Below, piece by piece: positions 1 through 12,400 of a stretch of 64,000 nt of DNA. Below the pieces are notes generated by a model. The model ran no database searches, had not been told where the DNA came from, and saw only the letters and a list, made by a program, of their open reading frames with translations. How positions within the stretch are numbered: the stretch's first letter is position 1; the number at the start of each line of letters is the position of its first letter. The position numbers and the translations under genes were made by a program. Origin of the DNA: Glaucostegus cemiculus (taxonomy: Eukaryota); contig CDPCPM010000030.1 of assembly GCA_976551045.1 (NCBI GenBank), positions 2,356,001 through 2,420,000 on the forward strand, given 5' to 3'.

Positions 1-344
1 GAGATGGGAAGTACTGAGGAAAATGTGAAAGGGCAGTGAGGGTATTGGAATGATTCAGGGAGGGAGCTGCACTTGGCGACGAGAACATATTGCTATTAGG
101 GACTATATTAGTTTGGTGTCGGTCAGTTCTGACAAATGATCTTTGACCTGAAATATTAACTCAGCTCCTCTTCCCACAGACGAGTCCCGACGAATGAGCA
201 GGTCATGTATTTTCTATTTTCGTTTCAAATTTCCAGCATCTTCAGTTGTTTTTTCATTGTCAGTCATTTTCTTAAGTTTAATTCCGTCCCAACGATTGGC
301 CATTTTCCGCTCTGACAACCACCATGTGTCCTTTTGTATTACAG

Positions 345-437
345 ATCTAGCACTTTCAACGACTCAGGAACTCAACGAAAATACACCTGGGCAAATAGAT
401 TGTTTATGCACAGTGCTGTACCAAGATGCAGACACAG
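345..437 (+). CDS. Divergent upstream exon, 93 nt, phase 1-1 (DLALSTTQELNENTPGQIDCLCTVLYQDADT)
   Basis: cttttgtattacag|ATCTAG...ACACAG|gtatca; open frame. Confidence 0.55.
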
Positions 438-3400
438 GTATCAGTTTTAGGGATTGCATGACACAGACTCTTGTCCAAAATCACCATCCAGGGAATAGGT
501 GAGAGTGAGTGAGGGGAGGTGGATGTGGGAGTGACCGAGGGGAGAGGTGTGAAGGAATGACCAAAGGGAGGGGTGTAGGAGAGACCGATAGGTATGGATA
601 TGGTAGTAACCGAGGGGAGGAAACTGTGGGAGTGACCGAAGGGAAAGGGTGTAGAATGACCAAGAGGAGTAGGAGTTTAGGTTTTACCGAGGGAATATCG
701 TGGGGAAGGGGAGTGTGGGTGTTATTGAGGGGAAATGCGTAGCAACGATCGAGGATGTGGTAGCCACCGAATGGAGGGGATTTGTGGGAGCAACCGAGGG
801 GTAGGAGGTGTGGGGTCGACTGAGGGAAGGGTGTGTGGGAGCGACCAAGAGGAGGAGATGTGGGCACCACCGAGGGGAAGGCTATTACTGTGAGCGCGAG
901 GCAGAGGATGTGAGCTGGATGCACAGACCACAGGAAGACGATGCGGAATGCAGTGAGGGGTGTGTGTGGGCTTGCTGTAAATCCTAATCTGTTGAGCTGT
1001 ATTTGTTCTTTGTTGGTGCAATGAAAGTTTGGTTTTGACAATTCCCGGCAGTCTCATCTCATCACAACAAGCTGGCTGATTGATTCCTCTCTTACACCCA
1101 CCATGTGTCCCTGCTTTGTCACAGACTCGGCGTCGATTGAAACTCAGGAACAGATGGATCCAGTTCATGAATACGTCAAGAATTTGTCCACAGCCCTATC
1201 AACAGGTATAATTTAAGGTTTTGGTGAAGGGGTTGGTGAAGCAGTCCTCCCAAATCTCCATCTCAGAGATTTAAACGGAATGAGGGGTGTGGCTGGAGTG
1301 ACAGAGGGGACTGAATGCAAAGTGTGGAATTGATGGAGTGATGGAGGATTGCGGAGAGGGTTGAGTGATTCAGGATTGTTGGGGGCAGTTATCGTTTGTG
1401 AGGGTTGGGCACTAATGAGAGAGGAGATGGGAGACTGGAGAGTGAGGCGTGGACTGTATCCGATAACCATGCTTGTTTGTGTTGCAAGTTTAGACACCGG
1501 TTCTGCAAGAGTTATTATGGGAAGTTGCCTCCTCTTCTCGGAATCTGTTTAATCCTGGGAATCTGTTCAATATGTCTACAGTCTTTTTAAAGTTCCAGAC
1601 CCACCCTATATTTCCTCTCCTTTCAAATCCACAGTCAGACACAACTCTGAAAGCCCAGACGACGACTGGAGAACCTTGTCTGTGTTTGCCCACCATACCA
1701 GCAGTGTCTGAAAGCTCAGGAATCAGTGGTTGGGTTCATTGAAGGGAACGCTGATACACATGTTTCGTGCCTGAAATTCATCTGGACCAAGAATGAGAGG
1801 CGTATAATAGAATGACAGAGAGTTGGGAGGGAGAGCTGGTGAAGGGAGCTAAGATGATTTTTTTTAAATCTTTTGATCCAACCGTCCATTGTCAGAGCTC
1901 CCATCCGAGCCTAACGATCCATTTGTTGCATCCTCCTGTATCTCTGTTCTTGTATTAAAGACACGGAGACTTCCACCAGGGAACATCCCAAAAGAACATT
2001 AACCGTAGAACCCACTCAAGCACCAGCTGTCCCAGTAGCAGATACATCCTCAGGCACCAAGCTGTGTGTTTGAGGGGCCATGCTCGCTCTGTGGCACGCA
2101 GCTGCCAAACATTGATTCACTTCCTGGATGTGTGGCATGAGTGACAGTTGTTTCTTCCATCTCTGCAAAACCAACTTCAGCAGTGACCGACGATGGACAA
2201 TGTACCATGCTCAGAGGTTGCTTAATGGGGATGGAGGCCACACCTGGTGTTTGCTTGGCAACGAAATGTCAGTGGTCACTGGGGATGTTTGAATCAGATT
2301 CAGTGAAGTTCACTGCCAAGCAGAGGGAGCATGATTTTTTTTTCACGATGTATAACAGCCGGGGTTGACCAAGGTTATGAACGACATTTGGGAAAGCGGT
2401 GCAAAGATCAATAAACCTGCTTTTTCGGAGATGGGTGCAACACCCTAGGCTCAACAAATGAGCCAACTTGAACCTGGATGGTGAAGGCTTCGAGGGACCG
2501 AAGGGTCCAGGCACAACTAGAGAGATGGGTGGATGTTGGGCACTTGGGTGTTTGTGATGTTGGAGGGTACAATGTCAGGCTAGCAGGCAGTGCTTCTGAG
2601 GTTGTGACATTCGAAGGCTTTGCTGGATTTGGACACAAGAGAATGTTAGATGTTTGAGCCAGTGTTGGGTTTCTGTTGAAAGTCTGTGTTGTGGTGTGAT
2701 AAAGAGTTATGGAATGGGGCTGGTATTGGTGGGCTGTGTGGGTTGCACTGTGGGTGTTGGAGAGAGTGGGTGGAGCGACTGAGCAGAAAGTGAGGGAAAT
2801 AGAGAGATGAGGACACGGATTGAAGAGGAGAATTGGGTGAACATGGAAAAATGACTGATCGGAAGATATGGATTACAGCGGGGAAAGTCGAGAGGTGAAG
2901 GGTAAAAGGGGAGAAGGAGTGTGAGAAAGAGTAATAGGAGAGTGGAATGGAGGGAATTTGAAAGGGATAAGTGGGAAGCTAACTAATAAAAGGGATTAAT
3001 TGTAGAGAAGGTTGGTGCAGTGACTGGAAAAGTGTGTGTTGACAGTGGAATGCGTTGACAGAGAAGAGGAGGATAAAATATTGTCGAGAGGGTGTAATTG
3101 AGGAAAGGCACATAATGGGTAAGGAGACAGAAGTAGAGTTACTGAGGAGCGATTGTGGTGAATGAAAGGAGATGGATGAAGTAAATGTATCAGCTGGTAT
3201 GATCAAGGAGAGAGAGAGACTTATGGACAAGGGATTGAGTGACTGCGGAGGGAAGGATGGACAACAAGAAAGAAGTTTGGTCACAGGTGAGTGGGAAGGA
3301 TTGAGTGGAGGAGCGGGTGCAGATTACCTGGGAGAAGTGCGTTGTGCATGTGGTTGGAGGTGTGCCGTGCTCATTGATGACAGTAATCCCACTCGTTCCC

Positions 3401-6400
3401 TCCATCCCAAGCAGCTGTTCATAAATTTGCATTCCCCGTGTTCGCCACCCAACCAGAGCCACAGGAACTGGTACTTTCATGGACCATTCTCCCTCATCCA
3501 GTTCCATCGGGCCAGTCCTCGGAGTTTTTAACTGTTTCCACTTTCCAATTCACTGCCATTCTCTTGATGCACCTGAACAGTCAGACACAACGCAAACACC
3601 CAAGGGACCAATGTCTGGAGAAGGTGGTTTGGGTTTGACCACCACCCCAGCAGAGTCTACAAGCTCAGGTAGGATTGGTGGGGATCAATGAAGGGAACGT
3701 TGCTCTCCACATTGTCCCTGGAATTCACCCCTAACCCGACACTGGGCAGTGACATGGAGGAATGGATGTCTGCAAAGGGGTAATGGAAGTCAATGGACAG
3801 ACACCGAATGATTTTTTTTTCTCCACTCACCCAGCCATCTGTTCACCAAACGGCTGAGTTCCTGTTTCAAAGTCTCCACTAACCGTGTCTCTGTTCCTTA
3901 TTCCAGACACCCAGACATCCACAAGAGAACAACCGAAAGAGTTAGCCACTGGAAAGCCAACCCAGGGCCCGTCCTCTTTTCAAACAGGGGAGAAATCCTC
4001 AGGTACCAAGTCTTGTGTCAGTTGGGTCATTTAACATCTCTGTGGCCCGAAAGCTGTCATGACCGGATACATTTGTTCGATGGATCAAATGATACAGGGG
4101 GATGATAATGTTGGCAGATAAATGCGTGGCTGAGAAGTTGGTGCAGGAGGGAGGGTTTTAGATTTATGGATTATTGGGATCCCTTCTCGGGAAGGTGGGA
4201 CCTGTACAGACAGGAAGTGTGACACTCGAACCAGAAGGGGACCAATATTCTTGAGGCGAGTTTTGGTAGGGTGGTTGGGGAGGGTTTAAACTAGTTGGTG
4301 AGGGGTCAGGGAAGTGGTGCAGTATGTCAGAGGAAGAAGGGAATATGGAAGCGTTAGATCAAACAGGCAGAGCTGCTTTGGGGGAAGAGAAACAGAGTAC
4401 AGGCTATAAAAGTAGTAAGGTGGCTGGACTAATGTGCATTTACTTTAATGCGAGAATTGTCAGGAATAAGGGAGATGAACTGAGGGCTTGGATAATTATG
4501 GGGGACGTTGATATTGTGGATATTACTGAGACATAGCTGACGTCAGGACAGGACTGGATATTGAATATTCCTGGTTTTCATTGTTTTAAAAGGGATATGG
4601 GCGGCAGGATAGCGTCGCGGTTAGCGCGACGGTGTTACAGCGCCAGCGATCGGGGTTCGAATCCCGTCGCGGACTGTAAGGCGTCACTGAATGACGCGTT
4701 CTTCCGTGTCTGCGTGGGTTTCCTCCGGGTGCTCCGGTTTCCTCCCACATTCTAAAGACATACGGGTAAGTTATTTTGGGAGTTTAAAATGGGCGGCGCG
4801 AAATCGTTGGGCCGGCAGGGCCTGTTACTACGCTATAAATAAAATAAAAATGATAGGGAGGGGACAAGGAGAACGGTGGCGATATTGGACAGGAACACTG
4901 TAACGGCTGCGGAAAGGGTGGAGTTTGCAAAAGGATTCTCTCCAGAGTCAGTATGGATAGATGTAAGGACCAGGAAAGGAGCGGTCACTCGACTTGGAAT
5001 ATTCTGTAGGCCCCTGGTAGCAGTAGAGACATAGAGGAACAGATTGGCAGGCAGTATTCGCAGAGAAGCAAAAATAACAGGTTTGTTATAATGGGAGATT
5101 TCAACTTCCCAAAGATGGATAGGAACCTGCTAAATGCCAAAGGTTTCGATGGGACTGAGTTGGATAAATGTGTCCAGGGTGGATTCCTGCCGCAGTGTGT
5201 CGACAGACCGACCAGTGGGAATGCCATGTTATCTCGAGGTTTCGGAAATGATGCGGGACAGGTGAAGGTTCTATTGTTGAGCAATTCGGGGACAGTGACC
5301 ATTGCTGTATAGCCTATAAAATCGTCATGGGCAAGGATAGGTGCAGAGAGGACAGAAAAATATTTAATTGGGGAAGGGTGAACTCTGAGGCTATAAGGAG
5401 AGAATTTCAGAGTGTAAATTGGACTGTCCTTTTTTAAGGGAAATGTACTATGGAGATTTGGACGATGTTCAGGGATCTTTAACGGGATGTTTGGGATAAA
5501 TATGTCCGGATGAGGCAGATAAGAAATGGTAGAGTGAAGGAACAGTGGGTAACGAGAGAGGTGGAACAACTGGTTAGGAAGAAGAAGGCGGCATATATTA
5601 GGCGGCAATGCACAGACAGGGCCCATGAGGAATATAGAAAAGCAAGGAAGGAACTTAGGAAAGGGTCGAGTAGAGCCAGAAGTAGGTATGAAAAGGCACT
5701 GGCTTGTACGGTTAAGGAATCTCCAAGGTTTTTTCACGTACATGAAGGGCAGAAGGATGGCTAGGGTTAAGGTGGGTCCGATTAAGGAGAAAGGAGGGAG
5801 GTTGTGACTGAGGAGGCGGAAGTGGGAGAAGTTCTCAATAAATACTTCGATACGGTATTCACCACGGAAATGGGTCGATGACGCGATAGAGGGTGTTGCT
5901 GAGGGTAATGTTCTTGAGTATGCAGATATCAAGAGAGAGGGTGTGTTGAAGTTTCTCAATAATATCAAGACAGATAAGTCTCCTGGGCCTGATGTAATAT
6001 TCGTCAGGCTGCTTCGAGAGGCGATGGAGCCTCTCAAAAGCCTGATAGAGATCTGTGAGGCAGTGACAAGGAAGGTTGATGAGGGAAGTGCGGTAGATGT
6101 GGTCTACATGGATTTTAATAAGGCGCTTGATCGGGTTCCTCATGGTAGGCTTCTTCAGAATGTCGAATATTAAGGGATCCATGGAAGATTGGTTCTGTGG
6201 ATTAGGAATTTGCTTCCCTGTAGTAAGCAGATGGTTGTGGTGGAGGAAGTACCCTCGGATTGGAGGGCTGTGAGTAGTGGTGTCCCGCAGGGACAGTTCA
6301 AGCCTGGTCGACTCATTGTGGGAAGGATGTGGAGGCGCTGGAGAGTGGACAGAAGAGATTTATCAGGATGCTGCCTACATTTGAGAGTATGGAATATGTG

Positions 6401-9400
6401 GAGAAGTTTACGGTGCTACGGCTTTACTCACCGGAGAGGAGGAGGATGAGAGGAGACTTGATGCAGCTGTATAAAATATTGATAGGAATAGACAGAGTAG
6501 ACAGTCAGCGCCTCTTTCCCAGGGCAACAATGCTGATGACAAGAGGGCATGGCTTTAAAGTTATGGGGGGGGGGAGAGTTCAGGGGAGATATCAGAGGGT
6601 TAATTTTCATTAGAGAGTCTTTGGTGCACGGAATGCGCTGCCTGCTGTGGTGGAGGCATATACTTTGGTGAGGTTCAAGAGATTGTTGGATAGGCATCTG
6701 GAGGAATGTGGGATAGAGGAATAGGAGGGAGTAAAGGGTTACGTTAGGTGTAGTTTCATGGACGTCACAACATGGTGGAATGAAGGCCCTGTAGTGTGCT
6801 GTATTGTTCTATGTTTCCATGGAGTCAGTTATACCTTCACTGCCGATTTCGGAAACATCTGTGCCCTCTCGAAAGGGTGGGGAACTTTTCTGGAATGACC
6901 TGTCTTGCATGGAGGCTTCTCCCGGAGATTCTATATAGATGGTTCAGTGGATAGAGCAGGAGGACTGGAACCTGGTGTTTGGTGGCAGAGGAAAGTAACG
7001 AGGCCGATGGGTGGATTTGGAGTGACCTTCTGGCAGGGTTAATAAAATATCTGCAAACTTATGAGGGACATGGATCAGATAAATGGCAGGAAATATCTCA
7101 ACTTAACAGAGTTGAATACAACCAGCAGATATAGATTTAGTTATACATTCAGGGATCAGAGAGTTATTGGGGATCTGAGGGGGGAGGGCACCATTTGCAG
7201 CCAGAGAGAGGTGACTGCTGGTGTACACTGCCGGAGAGTGCTGGAAGCAGAGTCATCAACAGCATTTGAAAATATCGAGACGAGCACTGAAAGGACTCAG
7301 GCTGTGCTGGGAGAGAGAATTAATACAGATGACTGTCCACTGGTCGGTGTGGACTTCCTGGGCCATTTGGCCTGTTTCCATGCCATGTGACTCTTTGACG
7401 AAGGAGAGAGGCTTGGGGCAGGAAACAGGGTGGAGCTTTCGCTGAAGACCAGAACCGGAGCTGGAACTGCAGTAGGACATAGACACAGATCAGTGAACCA
7501 ACCTGTGATTAGAAAACCAGGACTTCAGCAGGACAATAGAACCGTCCCAATGGGAGAGAGTGATTGTGGCGCCAGTGCACAGGATGGTTGTGAAGGATTT
7601 ATGTCTTTCACGGTGAGGCTTGTCTGGGGGACATGGCACTGTTGGAGTGTGGTCAGTAAGAATTCTGTTCACCTGAGATCTCTTGGAGGGTCTCAATATC
7701 GGACAGCATGTTGAAGGATCAGGTCCTTGGAATACACTGGGTGTTCGTGATATTTGAGCGCACACAGGCTGAGTGTATCACACAGCAGAGACGAGNNNNN
7801 NNNNNNNNNNNNNNNNNNNNNNNNNNNNNNNNNNNNNNNNNNNNNNNNNNNNNNNNNNNNNNNNNNNNNNNNNNNNNNNNNNNNNNNNNNNNNNNNNNNN
7901 NNNNNNNNNNNNNNNNNNNNNNNNNNNNNNNNNNNNNNNNNNNCCCGAAGTCAACAGCCCAAAGGATCATCAACGGAGGTCTCACCCAGGGAAAGTCTTA
8001 TGTCCAGAGGGAGACCCATCCTCAGCAACTAAGTCTTGAGTGTATGCTGCTTCATTCAATCTCTCTCATGCTGTGATAAAGAACTCCTCGAAGACTGTTT
8101 CAACATCTGGGCGTACAGTGCAGCAGGGAGGTAAAAGGACGGTATTGGTTGTTCGTTTTTCCCCTCTGTGCCTACATTTAGCAGCACGTGAGAACACTCG
8201 AAGGGACGGTGCCAGTTCCCACGGTGGATGATCAGCACCTTGGTGTGACGCTCATCCATGGAACTTGTTGAGAATGGTTGGCAGCCACAGCGAAAACCTG
8301 AGGCTGGGAGTTTGGTAACTGGGGAAAGTTGAGTGGTCACTGGGGCTGTGTTATTCACCTTCCCGAATGAATGGGATCTGGGTGAGGGAGCGAACGGAAG
8401 TCTCCACTGACGGTGACTGCCGGGGTTGACAACAACCTGAAAGATTATGACCATCAATTTGTTCAATTGCATGGATATAGGGAAATGTGGGCTTCAGGTA
8501 TCACTGGTTCAGCCTAGGCTAATTGAGTAGGAAGAGTTGCAATGGAGTCGCCTAGGGATTGGAGAATGTTTATTGTGTGGGTGGGGGCCAGGGATGGCTG
8601 GTGATGAGATGCACAGAGGTGGGTGAGGGAATACACTGGCCATTTTGACAGTAAGTATATTAGAGTGTACGTGGAGGTCATTGAATTTGGGAGGCGTGGG
8701 TTATCAGGGAGTGAATAAAGTGTTGGGGTATGAGAGGGTGTTGTTGGATTTGGGCATCAGCGAATGATTGAGGTTTGAAGCAATGTTGAGTCCTTCTGGA
8801 AAGCTCGAGTCGTGGACCAATGAGTGGAGTCAGGAACTGAGGGTGGCTTTGTTGGGTTTTGAAGGTGGAAGCACAGTGGGTGTTGGAGAGGGTGAAGCAG
8901 AATGATGTGTGGTGGGAAAGGGTGTAAATGGGAGAGAGATTGACTGACTGTGGTCAGAGAGGAGTACTGATGGAAATGAGATGGATATTGGTTCAGAGAA
9001 TGTATGAGGAAAGACATGCGATCTGTGACAGAATGGAGGGGAGATATTGCTAGAGAGAAAAGAGAGATAAGAACCCTGATTGATCACAAACGCACCAGAG
9101 GCGGCAAGCTCCGGTTTCAGTAGTGTACATCATTGAAGGGAACATTGATCCCCATGTTCATTCCTTGAAACTGAAACTGTCTCTGACTGAGGGGAGTGAT
9201 CTGCAAGGACAGAGTTTCGGAAGAGACAGATATTGAACGGAGACGCATGATGTTGGTTTCTCCACAGGCCCATTCCCATCTCTCCCAAACTCCTGTCATA
9301 GCCTGATGACCTACTTTGCTGATTCCAATCTCCTATCTCTCTCTTCCAGTCCCAGAGACTTTCACGAGGGAAGCATCCGGAAGATTATCCAATGGAGAAT

Positions 9401-12400
9401 CAACACAGGAGCCGTCTTCTGTCCCAGCTATAGAAACGTCCTCAGGTACCAAGATTTATGTCAATGGGGTCATTTAACAAAGCTGTGGGCTCGAAGCTCC
9501 TGGGAACCATTCAATTGTTAGATGTGCATTTCAGGCGGGACATCATTGATGGTGTTAGTTCTACCACTGGCTGCCAATATCAGAAGTGCCTGAGAAGGTT
9601 GGGAGCACTTTCCAGGAAAAAAAACAGACTTTGACGGAGGGTGCTGTAGTTCACGATGTGCAGGTGGGTCTGTAGACTGAGCAGGAGGATCCGGTGTTTG
9701 TAGTCAAGGGATAGAAAGTCTCCGGTGATTGTGTTTAGAGTGACTTGCAAGCAGGATTTACAAGTTTGTGTTATAAATTTATGAGCAGTACTGCCAGGTA
9801 TGACTGCAGGAAATATGCCCTGTTATCAGAAGTGAATACAGACGACCTCAATTCGACACGGGATCAGATATTTAGAAGGGATTCCAGCAAGATGTCTGCA
9901 TACCAGAGGACACTTGGATGGTCTGTGTATCAGGGAGCATGTTAGAGTGTAAGGGCCTTGGAGTGAACTAGAGCTGAGGAAGAATGCAGAGCACTGAGGC
10001 TCTGAACGTAAGTGGGCCTTGGATATCCCAGTGATATCAGAATGCAAAGAGGGTTGGTGCACTCCCATGCCTCTGTTCCTTTATTCCAGACCAGAATACA
10101 TCCCCAGTGGAACAGCCGAATGGATTATCAACTGGAGAGCCCACACAGGATCCGTCCTCTGTCCCCTTGAGTGAGACAGACTCAGGTACAAAGTCTTGGG
10201 AGTCTGATGTTTCATACAATCTCTCTGATGCTGTGACATAGCGCATATAGCAGACTGATTCACCATCGGGGCCTGCAGTGCACCAGGGAGGTGAATAACA
10301 TTTATGGTTGTTTATGTCTCCCCTCTGTGCCAATCTTCAGTAGCTTCTGAGGACTCCACGGTGGACCATCTGCGCGGTGGTATGATCCTCATTCATGGGA
10401 CAGGATGAGATTAGTTGTCAGCCAGAGCAGCAGAAGTGAGACCTAAGGTTTGGTGACTTGGAGGGTTTGAGCGGCCACTGGGGATGTTGCAGTCAAATTC
10501 AGGAATGAATGTGATTGAGCGGACGGGAATCTCCACTGATGCTGAGAGCCAAGGCTGACAACCAGCTGAAAGGTTCAGAACATTAATATTTCGCTGGCAT
10601 GGATATCAGGAAATGTGGGCATCAGGTATCACTAGTTGAGTTTGGTCTGTTTGAATAGGAGGAGTTGCAATGGGGTGGCATTATATATAGAAATAATGTG
10701 GGGGGGGATACTGACTCAGGGAATGAATGAGGAAAGAGGATGAGAACTGTGACAAGATGGAGGGGAGAGATTTCTGGAGAGAAAGCAGAGACAGGTTCAC
10801 CGATTGACCACAATCCCACCATACGCTGCGAGCTCCAGTGTCAGTGGTGGGGATCACTGAAGAAAACAGATCCCAAGCTAAACCAGGTTGTGATTGAGAG
10901 AGTGATCTGGAGGGACAGGGCTTTGGAAGGGAGACGGAGACGCATGTTGTTGGTTTCTCCAGACACCTAGCACCTTCTCACCCAAACTCCTGATCTGGTC
11001 TGTTGACCTGATTGCAGCTTCCACTATCCCATGTCTCTCTTCCTTTATTCCAGTCCAAGACACTTCCAAAAAGGAACGATCCGCAGGATCATCCAATGGA
11101 GCATCAACACAGGAGCCGTCTTCCGTCCCAGCAGGTGACACGTCCTCAGGTACCAACATTTATGTCAATGGGGTTATTCAGCAAGCCTCTTGCCTCGAAG
11201 GTCCTGTGAAACATTAATTTGTTCGATATGCTCTTAAGCGGGTCATGATTGACAGTGTTAGTTCAAGACCCTGCTGGCAATTTCAGAAGAACTTGGGACC
11301 TCTGAAATGGGTGGGTGCACTTTCCTGGAAATGGCGGCCCTGGACGGAGGTTGGTGTAGTTCACGATGTGGAGGAGGGTCCGTGGACAGATTAGGAAGAT
11401 TGAGGTAGTCAATGCATGGTAATTATAGATGGGTGTGATTGGAGTGACTTTCCGTCAGTATTTCCAACACACTGTTATCATTTTTTGAGCGGTACTGATA
11501 GGAATGACTGCAGAAAACATGTCCTGTTATTCGAAGTGCATACAGAATCATCAACTCCGCAATGGGTCGGATATTTAGAAGGGATTCCAGCAAGATGTCT
11601 GCACACCAGAGGACACTTGGAGTGTCTGGGTATCAGGGAGCACGTTGGAGTGTCAGGGCCGTGAAGTACCCTGAAGGTTGGGAAGAATGGAGTGCAATCT
11701 GGCTCTGAACGTCAGAGGGCCCTTGGATATCCCAGTAATATCAGACTGCAAGCAGGTATGGATGAAGTCCCTGCCTCTGTTCCTTTTTCCAGACCTGAAG
11801 TCTTCCCCAATGGAGCAGTCGAGTGGATCATCAATTGGAGAGCCCACCCACGAGCCGTCCTTTGTCCCATTCACGGAGACATCCTCAGGTACCAAGTCAC
11901 GAGTGTCTGGTGTTTTATGCAATCACTCTCATGCTGCAATGCAGCACTTATTGCAGAATGATTCAACATCGGGACGTGCAGTGCATCAGGAAGGTGAATG
12001 ACGGTGTTGGTTGTTTATCTCTCCCCTCTGTGCCTATTTTAAGTAGCATCTGAGGTCTCCACGGTGGACAATAAGCACCTCGGTATAAGCCTCAGACATT
12101 GGACTGGATGAGATTTGTTAGCAGCCAGAGCAGCAGAACTGAGACCTGAGTATTGGTAACTGGGGGAATTTGAGTGCTGATGTTTCAGTCAAATTCAAAA
12201 ATAAATAGGATCTGTGGGACTGCACTGATACTAACAGGCAGGATTGACAACAGGCTGCAAGATTCTGAATATCAATTTGTTCACTGTCATGTATATCAGG
12301 AATTGTGGGCTTCAGGGGAAAACGGGCTGAACTTGGAATGATTGAATGTGAGTAGTTTCGATGGTGTGGCTGAGGGATAGCAGACTTGTCATCGTGTGAG

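Noticed and set aside
2700-3330. Purine-rich tract as a regulatory or coding element
   Set aside because: Low-complexity G/A-biased intron sequence with no interpretable motif.
4600-4670. tRNA gene
   Set aside because: It is the tRNA-derived head of a SINE, continuous with the V-domain.
4985-6037. 350-aa minus-strand ORF
   Set aside because: Antisense shadow of the CR1 ORF2 region, spanning an internal deletion.
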